In this document: piece by piece, positions 38,701-49,050 of the stretch
Position numbering within the stretch: position 1 is the stretch's first letter
Layout: the number at the start of each line of letters is the position of its first letter
Assembly: GCF_002113885.1 (NCBI RefSeq)
Contig: NW_018408884.1
Location: forward strand, 837,616 to 901,615
Reading direction: 5' to 3'
DNA from: Mizuhopecten yessoensis
Lineage: Eukaryota
DNA length: 64,000 bases
The notes under the pieces: generated by a model
Told to the model about the DNA's origin: nothing
Database searches by the model: none
What the model saw: only the letters and a program-made list of their open reading frames with translations
Translations under genes and position numbers: made by a program

Positions 38701-41522
38701 GTATCACATACCTGTGCTAACTGTAACATATGTGCTATGTTCCCTGTGTATCACATACCTGTGCTTACTGTAACATCTGTGCTATGTTCCCTGTGTATCA
38801 TATACCTGTGCTAACTGTAACATCTGTGCTATGTTCCCTGTGTATCACATACCTGTGCTAACTGTAACATCTGTGCTATGTCCGATCGCCCATTGGAGAC
38901 AGCAATATCAAGTGGGGTTTTGTCAAACTAAAACAGGGTTTAAAGTGACAATAAATGTACATTATTAATAAAGAGATATGCCACATCCAGAATAACATCT
39001 ACACTACAGGTAAGTAGCTGATCAAAGCAGAAATCCAAGGGAATTAAAAGGACATACATTATCAATTGTAGTGCATCATTGAATATATTTTCCGGAGATT
39101 TCTGTTCAATAATCAATATGTTCTTAAAGAACTAAATTAAACTCAGCCTTTTGACACTTATAATTTTTTTGTGACAAGTGAAAATCACTAATTCATGACA
39201 AGCATCTTTGTGTTGACTTTGATGGTCACATATCTGATAAAATGACACTAAACTGACATTAAGACTTGATATATTAGAAATAGAAAATCAACCTTTTTTC
39301 ATATATTTTTTGTGCATTGGTAAGTTAACTTATAGATAGTAGATATTTCTTGTAAAACAAATGTATCTCTAACCTTTACTTAAGTATGTTCTACAATGCT
39401 CTAAAGGGATTTTCCTTCCGAAGCAAAGACCTAGAGTTACCTACCTTGTTGTCACAACTCGTATCGGCCCCATGTCTGACAAGTGACTCAATCACACCAA
39501 GGTGGCCTTTCTCTGTCGCCCAGTGTAATGGTGTCATCTTTAACTACAAAACAATGAAGTAAAAGAAAGATACAGGTACAATGAGACTGGACAGATTATT
39601 AAACCATCTTTTATTTTTCTATTCAGTAATTACCCAAAACACATCAGCAAGCTATCTTTTATATACTATCTAGATATCATACAAAACAAAACATCAAACT
39701 ATCTTTTATATACTATCTAGATATCATACAACACAAAACATCAAGCTATCTTTTATTAATCTACTCATTTAAAATGCAGAGAGTGAATTGCGTACACTTC
39801 TATTAAAAGACACTGGATATGTGTTTTAATACATAATTGTGAAACAATGCAATTTACATGTTATTTGGAAAAAATAAATTGTTTTTTTTAAATTTGAAAA
39901 AGTTTTGAATTTTTCAAAAAAAATGCATCAAAATTAAACATTTGGTATGCGTTTTTCTTTATCATTTTCTAATAATGTCATATAAGTGATGTGATCCTGA
40001 CCATGTCTTTGGCATCGATGTCGGCAGCATGCTGGATGAGGAGCTCCACGATGTCCACATGACCTTCCTGAGCGGCCACATGCAGCGGAGTACGGTCCAC
40101 CTTTGTCCGCGCGTCTCGACTGATGCCTGCCCTCAGGAGTATCTCTGCCGTCTCTATGTGGCCGAACTGTGTGGCGAAGTGGAGCGGTGACGTACCAAGC
40201 TGACAACCAGAGCAACAGGAACGTAGTCACACATTCATTAAAATAAGTTCAAACAAAAATACATGCAGTATTATTTCCCAGAAAAGTCCCCATGAAATTT
40301 CACAAAAAAGATTCACGTGAACAACACGTGCACCTTCTTATGACATACAATTCCTTAATGCAATATTTATATATACATGATCGTCCTATTCAAGGGAGAA
40401 CAATGCATATATAATATCCTCCATGTTTCCAAAATGTGGAATACCAAACAAGATGCCAAATGGGCCTGTATTGCTTCCCTGGTAATAATCTCACAATAGT
40501 AACCAAGGTTTAAATAATTAAACTAGCTGAATTAAGTTACATGGTAAATACAACCAGTCTAGACCTTTTCTAAAGATTTTTTCAACTCATTCACCCCTAC
40601 ATTTTAAAACTTGACTTGCCCAGTCTTTGATTTGGTCAGGTTCAAATGTGACTTCAGGGAGGAATTGGTTAAACATCTGACTTCTGTGACCTTGAAAATG
40701 GGTCAAGGTCATTTATATAAACAAACTTGCAGGCCTTCATCCCTGCAGGCTACTGGCCAGATTATCTTCACTGTAGGTCCTTTTGTTAAAATTGCTTAAA
40801 GAATTTAACACATTTGACCCCCATGACCTTGAAATTAAAGTAGGTCAATGTTATTCATTTGAACAAACATTGGAGTCCTTTATCCCAGCATGCTTTGCGC
40901 AATATCACCATCCTGGGCCTTGTGAATATTTAGAAGAATTTCTTTAAAGATATCCTTAAACTTTTGACCTCTGTGACCTTGAAAGCAAGTCGGGGTCATT
41001 CATTAGAAGAAAAAAAACCTTCTAGACCTCCATCTCAGCATGCTATTAACCAAATATCATCACCTCAGGCATATTGTTTATTCAGAAGAAGTTGTTTAAA
41101 CAAAAAGGTTGATGCCTGATGGGCTTGTCTATTCTTGCCAGGTGAGCTTTAAACAATAATAATGATAATTATAAAATTGAAGATGTTATAAACCGATTTA
41201 TCACTTGCTAGCTCGTGGGTCATCTCAAAGCGGTTCACAAATTATTATCTGTGGTTATACAAACAGGTTGTGGCAGGCACACTATACAACATACACATAT
41301 TTGCTGTTGTGACTATATACCAACCCAGTCAGTGGTGAAGGGCGCCCCATTGGACATGAGAGTGCGAACTTCCTCTGTCTCGCCACGCTTGGCTGCATCC
41401 AGCAGACGTTTGCCAAGATCGACCAATGACATTCCAGATGTGTTCTTGAAGCCTTCACGTTTGGGTAAAACGATGTTGACTTCCTGTGCCAGAACTTGCT
41501 TTATCTGCTTCACAGCCTGCAT
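26713..41522 (-). CDS. GABPB1: GA-binding protein subunit beta. Coding exons 41522-41325, 40199-40002, 39543-39445, 38927-38853, 37402-37219, 36156-36079, 32631-32512, 30649-30543, 29350-29230, 27567-27488, 26880-26713 (475 aa; 445 aa from Met at 41432)
   Basis: [61 protein letters not shown] ankyrin repeats, [12 protein letters not shown] motif, [11 protein letters not shown] and a C-terminal coiled coil [28 protein letters not shown]. All introns are GT-AG with consistent phases. Confidence 0.95.
27885..29208. repeat. Intronic minisatellite, 51-bp unit, ~26 copies
   Basis: GTGACTGAACATTTCATACAGGATTAACTGTGTATACCGGGCCTCTGTACT repeated. Confidence 0.97.
29435..30529. repeat. Intronic minisatellite, 51-bp unit, ~21 copies
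   Basis: GTAGAAAAGTATTGGGACACTCTACCATAACTACAAGGTCTGTACACA-type unit repeated. Confidence 0.95.
30923..31070. mobile_element. Small fold-back (palindromic) MITE-like element
   Basis: AGGATCTTACA...TGTAAGATCCT ends with long imperfect inverted arms. Confidence 0.6.
31212..31916. repeat. Intronic minisatellite, 73-bp unit, ~9.6 copies
   Basis: GCTATCGACTAGGATGGTTATAACTGTCATTTCCTTTGTTGTGAGGTTAGACATC... repeated. Confidence 0.96.
32058..32514 (-). repeat. 30-bp minisatellite (~15 copies) that reiterates a GABPB1 5' splice site
   Basis: Minus-strand unit GTAATTACAGGCAAATCAGTCCCTGAACAG starts at the donor at 32511. Confidence 0.97.
32600..33697 (-). repeat. 69-bp minisatellite (16 copies) that reiterates a GABPB1 3' splice site plus exon start
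   Basis: Unit contains TTGGTTTTTGTTTAG|GTGTGAATAGTAATGACGCCCTGAGTTGGCTG. Confidence 0.97.
34447..36071. repeat. 42-bp minisatellite split by a solo LTR
   Basis: TTGGTTTATGATACGACCCCTTTATCTACAGCTCACACTATA repeated at 34447-34937 and 35827-36071. Confidence 0.95.
34938..35826. mobile_element. Solo LTR (889 bp), probably minus orientation
   Basis: TGTGG...CCACA ends, TACA TSD at 34934-34937 and 35827-35830; removing it restores the repeat unit. Confidence 0.85.
37738..38881 (-). repeat. 47-bp minisatellite (~24 copies) made of an exon 3' end plus its 5' splice site
   Basis: Minus-strand unit ACATAGCACAGATGTTACAGTTAGCACAG|GTATGTGATACACAGGGA. Confidence 0.97.
40447..41150 (+). mobile_element. 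HINE-like element with TTTGACCCC/TGACCTTGAA satellite-type units
   Basis: AACAAGA..GGGCCTGTAT 5' end, CAGGTGAGCT 3' end; units shared with 57388-59660. Confidence 0.65.
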
Positions 41523-42824
41523 CAAGCGCTACATAGGCTTACCTGAAACACATATACCAAGATTTATATTTCGGGATTTTTTTAAATACAATATAATGAA
41601 CCTGAAATAAGCAGCTACCTGTCTAATGCGGCCAGCGGTCACTAAACTCTGGCCCGAGACCTGTATTCAGCGGTCATTTTGTCCAGAAATTGACATCAAG
41701 AAGACCACAATGTATATTAACAAGAACACATCTCAATAAAGCACAGCTAATTACAATGTGTAATTAAAAACCATAAACAAGTAAGGTTTGACACGTTGAA
41801 TTGACAAGTTATTTACACAGCTATTTTCAGCTTGCAAATTGGGGCAGGTCCTACCGACCCATCAACAATGTTTTACAAACAAAACAATTAATCCCACCTT
41901 GTGTACTCAATCAGCTTGTGATTTTCAAAACAAGTATGATCTTTTCTGGTATCTGTACATACTGTATCCAAAGCTACTCAGGCCTAATATGATATGTGAT
42001 GAAAAAACTTGCCACTATATTGTATGTGGAAAACAGATCTGCTTCCGGTCTGCCAGTCACTATATCTATATCAACGAAGCACACATCATGTCAAAAGGAT
42101 AAATTTCACAGCGCAGACACTGAATCAGATTTTTTTTCATTACTATGTCATGATTTATTTCTATATCTTTATTTGGTTTGTAGTAGCTGTGCGAGATCAG
42201 GACATTAGTGTTAACCTTTCCATACGGCACATGGGTGCTGTGAATAAACCGTTACGCTAAGTTGAAAGCTCAAAGATTCTTGCAAATTCTAGATTTATTG
42301 AGTGATTTATTTATAAGTGATGAATTAACTAAATACTGATATATCATTTCATTAGAAAATTATTTGAACCACATAGATCAGAATACATCGCAATGCAGAA
42401 TTTCATTTAAAGTAGATATACATGTAGATTTCAGTACTAGTACTGGTGGTTGTCTGCTAGCGCAAATTATATGTGGAACACTGTGTAGCCAAACAAAAAT
42501 TCATCATTTCAAGAAATTTATCACCAAAACGCCTTTGTATTTGATTGATTATGCATTTATATTCAAGTATGAAATCGTACCCCTGTTAATAAAGGGAGAA
42601 AAAGTCAAAATAACATAGCAGCCTATAATGCCGGGAAAATGTCATTATAACCTGTGGATAATGTATGAAAACTTGGTTGTGATTTTCGGGTGAGCCTGGT
42701 TTTAGCAGCCACTTGTCTTAAGCAGCCAATTTCTGCTGGTCCCTTGGGTGGCCTAGGCCTCTTAATACAGGTTTGACTGTATGTTTCAAATCTGCCAATA
42801 TGATATATCACCCGAGACTTAAGA

Positions 42825-43540
42825 GGTTCTGAAAGCGGATGCTCTTTAAATCTTCTACAAAAACTGTCAAAAGCGAAGAAACAAGCTGCAAGATTACTGT
42901 TGGATGCTCCATTTGATACACCATCAGTAGAACTGTTTTCTTCATTAGGGTGGTTACCAATTGGCAAATATTTGAAATTCAAAAGAGGTGTTATGGTGTA
43001 CAAATGTATAAATAATCTAGTTCCAGGATATCTTTCTAATCAATCTAATTTGTCTAACAACAGATATACTAGATCAGCATCCCAAAACTCTGTCAAGGTA
43101 CTCAAACACCGTACCACATTTTATTCCAAACACTTTTTGGTACAAGGGAGCCAGATTTGGAATAATTTACCGGTTGAAGTAAGACTCTCTTCCTCCTTGA
43201 CAAAACTCAAACAAAATATGATTGGGAACATTAAGAATGCGGTTTAATTGTCTTTTATTTTTACTATTATACTTTTTAGATATAGCTTTGATTTGTTTTA
43301 TTTTCGCTATATTAGCGTGTATTCTGTCAATTTTTAGCTTTTGCTACATTAGCATATATGTAAATTAGACAATTTGTCTTTTAATGAAAACCATAATGGG
43401 TTAAGCACGGAATATATTTCGTGCTTCTGTGATAATTTTATTGTAATTGTATTGAACGACCAATTTTACTAACAGAGGACCCTGTGGAAGATTAGCTTTG
43501 CTAAACAGGTTTTGTATCCTCAATAAATAAAAGTTTATTA
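42825..43540 (+). mobile_element. CR1/L2-clade LINE 3' fragment
   Basis: KQAARLLLDAPFDTPSVELFSSLGWLPI..VMVYKCINNLVPGYL..GSQIWNNLP, then a 3' UTR ending AATAAATAAAAGTTTATTA. Confidence 0.82.
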
Positions 43541-43631
43541 TAAAGTAGATCTAAGATGGCACACAAGGTCTATACATGCAGCTTTCATGATCTCTGGACA
43601 AAAAGCAGGTTGTAATTGCTTGCATAAAATA

Positions 43632-44110
43632 TGTGTAGTAGGACGAGGAACAGTGATAAAGATAGAACCGTCGCAAGGTCTCTAACCCGCAACCCTTGGC
43701 TCTCAATGCACATCTTTTACACTATATATAACCTCCTTTTTTCAAACACCAACCCAGGTTCTTGGACTCCCCACCAAGGGTTCTCCTACCTTGAACTGGG
43801 AGGGTCAACGGCACCAATTTGTAGTAGGACAAGGATTAGTGATAAAGATAGTGCCGCCGCTAGGGCTCAAACCCGTGACCCTTGGCTCTCCAGTCTGATG
43901 CTCTACCACCTCCATCTCAAGTTCAAAGGGTTCTGCATTCAAACCCTGGTCTGGACATACACTTTTCCATCAACTTGTACATTAATATATGTAACAGGAG
44001 AGGAAAAATGAATGGCCAGACTTGGGTTTGAAGCTGGGACCCTCCAAACTCTAGACGGATGCTCTACTAATTGAGCTATTTGGTCGCCGTGATTGACCCA
44101 GTCCAGTTCC
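43632..44110 (-). mobile_element. Cluster of tRNA-related interspersed repeats (three tRNA-like segments)
   Basis: 43733-43910 is homologous (reverse strand) to segments of 54950-55182; A/B-box-like motifs such as TAGCTCAATTAGTAGAGC and GGGTTTGAGCCC. Confidence 0.55.
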
Positions 44111-44400
44111 GCAACATATATATATAACATTACTACCTTTTAAATAGATAAATTGTGATATTTTTGTGCAATATTATTGTTTCAAAATCACTCAGTAAGA
44201 CGTGTACATGCGCCACAAGATTCAAGGCAGTTTTTATCAGATACATCAAAATGTTTTTACACCTAACCTGCTGTAGGCCTAAGAACGATCAAGTCAAGTC
44301 AATTTAACGTCAATATGATTACAAAGATAAACACAAGCTCGTTTAGAGAGCTTTTACAATCGACAAAACAAATAAAAAACGATGCTTTCACTTAGCTAGT

Positions 44401-44808
44401 CAGGTCGGGGAAAAACACTAACTTGCGTATGGATTTGTTATTTAAAATAGCCAAAATCACTTGAATCTTAACTGTTTCAAATTGTTTGTCCAAGACGCAT
44501 TTATTCAGTCATGAAACATAATACAAATGCAAAAATAAAGTTAAGTTGCATGTGGGAAAGTACCAAAAATAGATGCAATACTTCTGGTAAAGTTACATCA
44601 AGTTTCTTTAGTAGCCAACGCTTTCAGTAAACATCTTTTAGCAAAATATTATTTACCTTGTCGTAAATTAATGCGATTTTTAATAATATCTTGCAAAAGT
44701 TACTGTTAAAGCGATTTGTGTTATTTTTTAATAACAAATCCATACTCCAACTTACGTAAAATAGGCGAGTTTGCGTATTATACGCAAGTTGTGGTTTTCC
44801 CCAACCTG
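44401..44808. mobile_element. MITE with ~29-bp imperfect TIRs and 5-bp flanking direct repeat
   Basis: CAGGTCGGGGAAAAACACTAACTTGCGTAT / ATACGCAAGTTGTGGTTTTCCCCAACCTG, with CTAGT on both flanks. Confidence 0.75.
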
Positions 44809-44989
44809 CTAGTTGCTGGTGCCTGGTGCAGCAGTCGATTACTTATTTCAGCTTGCATAAAGCAGCTCTCAGCACTCGATCAATAGAACAAGACTGGTTT
44901 TAACAAATTTAAAAATTTCTTTATCTGCAACGTGTTCATTAAGAAGGAGGCGATGTGGTGATCCGAACAAAGTGAGCCTATAAGTTACA

Positions 44990-45260
44990 GTAGCCATGCG
45001 CCTGTGTCAATGAATGTCAACAACAAACCAGCGGAAGTTGCATGTGGTCGGAGCGGAAAGGACAACAAGATATCAACATCCGCTAAGTCTTCAGACAACA
45101 GATATGGCAACGTTATAATAATATTGTAGGACATCAAAATATGTGCCTAAATAAACAATTTTTACCCGTTTGAATATGATTTTAGGACGAAACTCCGTTT
45201 GAAAGCCAAGACATCCGGAAGTTGGAAATAAAACAAGTAGTCCGGAAACGCTTTAAGCCT
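44990..45260. promoter_or_regulatory. Likely GABPB1 promoter; cluster of ETS (CGGAA/CGGAT) sites
   Basis: GCGGAAGT 45031, GCGGAAA 45053, ACATCCG 45076, ACATCCGGAAGT 45211 and TCCGGAAA 45241, located between divergent genes. Confidence 0.6.
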
Positions 45261-46527
45261 TTTCACATAATATGATATTATTTCGCAGTGTAAAAATTCC
45301 CTTGAATTGATTATATCCGTCAACAATTACATTTGAGTCCAAATTAAATGACATATCCGGATATTATAAGCTTCAAATACTAAAGGGCATCAAAAAAATC
45401 AAACTTACACTGAGAATCAAATAGTTGAGATCTACTTACTGAGCGAGCTTAGGTTGTGATGAGGCTAACGGGAAATAGCGGGCTAAACGATATTTTGCGA
45501 TATTTCACATTCAACCTACTTCCTGTTAATAATTAACCCCGCCCATTTGTACAGTTGATTGACGTTTCGACCACAAGTTCATTATTGGAAGAAAAACCCA
45601 AAAAGAGAACGTGTTATTTATCTTAACAAAAAAGTTCATAACTTTCTTTACAAACATCAACACATCTTATTGACTAACTTCTTAAGTTGTTGGTTTTTTA
45701 TATTTATTTTACTCAGAGACTCTATTTTACTGCATTTAATTTTCTCGTAGGTCAGACATCTTTTTTAATTGACTTATATTTCAATAGTATTTAAACGGCT
45801 CATAAAATAAACGCTTTTGCTGTTATGCATGCGTTATATCCTAAGCTTTTCATGGCATCAAACATAAGAACAATGTCCCTTTTTTCGAGATTCTAATTTG
45901 AGCGGATTTTAGTACAACCGTAAAAAGCTGACGAGGTCGCTTATGAGACCTCATCACATCAACTTCCTGTTAAAATTAGCCACGCCTTTTAGCTTCACGT
46001 TTGAACTTTTCACAAATGAAAGATGGTATCTGGAGTTAAAGGATATCAACAATGACACCAATTAGACTACGTGTTAACAGAAAGAAGTATGCTTACTTCC
46101 TCAAGTGTTCGTAAAATTCCGAGACTGAAAACACAGCAAGTATCCATGGAAAGGCGTAGAAGATTGATGAAGTTTGTTTACGTGCCAAGGCCATTGTGTA
46201 CATCACAATCACATTGTGTAGCGCACAGGACACAACATCAGCACATGGTCAACAGATAGCGACTTCAATATCTCTTGATCGTTGGTAACAAAATGCCGCC
46301 CTAATTAAGATGTGATGAATGATCTCCGAGTACAATAAGAAACGTCCGTGATACATGATGCTAGGGACTCGGGCATCTGTCTTATAATGAGATTTATTGT
46401 TTTATTAATTGAGAAACAAAAACACTTTACTTGTCTAGTCATTATTTAATCATTTTATGTTTTTCAGTTTTACAATCTACTTACACTTTTTATCGCTGGT
46501 GCTAATTTCATAATTTTAAGTAATGAA

Positions 46528-48065
46528 ATGAATAGTGGACACTCGCGTGCAATCGCAAATACTTGCGAACGAAGTCAGAATAAACTTCAGATGATAGCAG
46601 AAATGTTGCTTCTGTCTTGTGAGGCCCGTCCGCTTCGATCATGTTTTTCTAGTCACATTGTCAGTCCGTCCTACCTCCATGAAAAAATATCGGCCACCGT
46701 TAAAACAATTATGACTTTGATGAAGGCTATTATAGCGCATGTACATATGATCTCCACAAAATGGCTTGAAATTTGTGAAGGGCTTCAAGAATTGAGTTCT
46801 ACGACAATCGGTTTGATCGAACTGTGCAGTCACACAGCCTACTTGGTTGCAGTGGACTTCCCCGGCTGTGAGCTGGCAGAGGATGGACTCGTCGACAGAT
46901 ACAGTGTGTTGCTGTCAGGCTTGGAGATAAAGATGAGTTGTAACCGATTGAAGCGTGCACGGGTAGAAGATTTAACCCCACAACTCATAATAGATCTGTG
47001 TTCCAACATCTCACGCCATATCTCTGTGATCACAGATATATGTCGCCTGGCCGGAGAATCGGTCACGGATGAGAGCACATCTGATCAGTTCAAACTTTGT
47101 GTGAAGAGTGTGACCTGTGCTGCGGGATGCCTGATTGCCAGTATAAAATCCTACAAGTCGCATCCCAGCCATACGCATCATTCCAGAGTGATCGTTTTCT
47201 GTGAACCCGTTCTGGCAGCATCCACAGCACTAGTCGGTTTTGCCACGGAAGACGATTTTACAGGAAAGCAAGCTCTACTTACATCAAAAGCTAGAGACAC
47301 ACAGAAGGCAGTACTAGGTGAGAGATGAGTCAGAGATGTCAGAGGAAGTGACGTCTTTGTTTAACCATTATCTGATCAGGTTCAGATGGTATAAACTAGG
47401 GCTGCAGCGATACATTAACATGATGATACACTACGTATTACGATAATGTGGTCACGATGCGTTATCATTTTAACCCCCCTATATAGCTACACAATTTAAG
47501 TAATTGATAGTATACTTTCAAAAAAATGAGGGAGGTAATATTTCTTTGCATTTTGATGATCTGATGATGAGCCCGAAATAAGGTTTTGCTAGAATTTGTA
47601 TAAGCCTGTTTATAAACTTTTGAATTCAGGATCGAACCTGCTGACAAATTCAAGCAAAAATATGTATACATATTATATAACCTATTGAAGTATAGATGTA
47701 CAGTTGTAGAAGATGAGAGCTAATATCGTGTTTGTGTTGTAGGGTCCTGTATGAGTATCGTGTCGGCGGTTATACAGCTATGTAAGACCGTGCGTGACCT
47801 GGTTTACGATGTGATGAAGACACAACACCGCGAGAAACTCCACCTTTGTACGGATTCTGTTGAGCGTGCTTCGTCGAGGTTACATGACACCTTGGAGCAG
47901 CACAGTATAAGTGAAAGGGCCCTGGAGTTATGCAAAGTAAAAAACGACGAGGAAAATAGTAAGAATGAAGTGGACGAACATTGCGACAGTTACCATAGCG
48001 ACAGCACTTCTACCTCCACTGTGTCTGGATCAGAAAACTCGGGAAACTCAATGGCATCAAGATGA
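46528..48065 (+). CDS. TLNRD1: Talin rod domain-containing protein 1 (MESDC1); exons 46528-47317 and 47743-48065, 370 aa
   Basis: KLQMIAEMLLLSCEARP, ELCSHTAYLVAV, GLVDRY, DQFKLCVKSVT and ALVGFATE motifs. The phase-1 intron joins AVL-G-SCMSIVSA, matching the conserved vertebrate sequence. Confidence 0.92.
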
Positions 48066-49050
48066 TGAAGATGTATTTAGTCCTTCGTCCTATTCCTTGC
48101 TTCCTATCCTCCCTTCTCCCTCTCTTCCTAACCCTTGCCTTCCTCCATCTCTCAAACACTCCCTCTCCCTTTGTACACATTGGTTGTTTAAATTAAGTGA
48201 GATTGTTTGATAATCAATTTATTCACAACTTTTTCATAATATTTATAATTCATTTTTTTTATCAGTTATTTCTTTAATACTTACATGCTTATTTGCTATC
48301 TAACTTTTCAGTTGTTTTGTGGTCAAATATATTGACAACTTTGAAGTATTTAAACGGCCCATTCACAGAACGATTTTTTACACAACTAAATCATTTGGAA
48401 TGATTGTGGTATACTTATATGTAACATAGTTAAAAGGTTTGCACACATTCAGTTGAAATTGCCTTAGTTAAAGTTTTATTTAGGCCTGTCTGTAATGTTT
48501 ATTGTGTCTATTTTGTTTCTGAGTATTTTTTATGCGTATCGTTAATACTTTACCCCACTCTCTTATGTTTTGTAGTGGAATGTTGATTTATAGGTTATGT
48601 AGGTCACCATTTGTCTGGTGAGGTGCTGTTTGTTCTAGTCAATATATAATAAAATATTTATCTAAGGAATCACTATCGTAGCAAGCAACGGTATAAAAAT
48701 CTGGTGCTTGGGATGATGAGCAAAGTCAAGAATGACCACATCTCTGCCAAATATTTAATCAAAGGAAATAAAAATTGCCATTTTTAGAGAAGATGTAAGT
48801 TAGATATTTGAAAACTGGAATGTGCCATTTTTTTTTTACCAGACTATACAATCAATGGGAGTTATTTCCCTTTATATTTCATGGTGCATGGGTTTATAAT
48901 TTACAGACTACGATAATATCCATAGCCAAGTCACAGCTCAATGAACTCATTGGTTTTATTTGAGAGAATGTAATTGGTAATATTACAATGAATATTATCC
49001 CAACATATATGTATCTAATGGCCCCCAATATCACAAAATGTTTGGTCTGG

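Noticed and set aside
47558-47590. CTGATGA...GAAA hammerhead-like core (similar partial cores at ~632 and ~11163)
   Set aside because: No convincing stem II closing pair, or stems I/III with a cleavage triplet.
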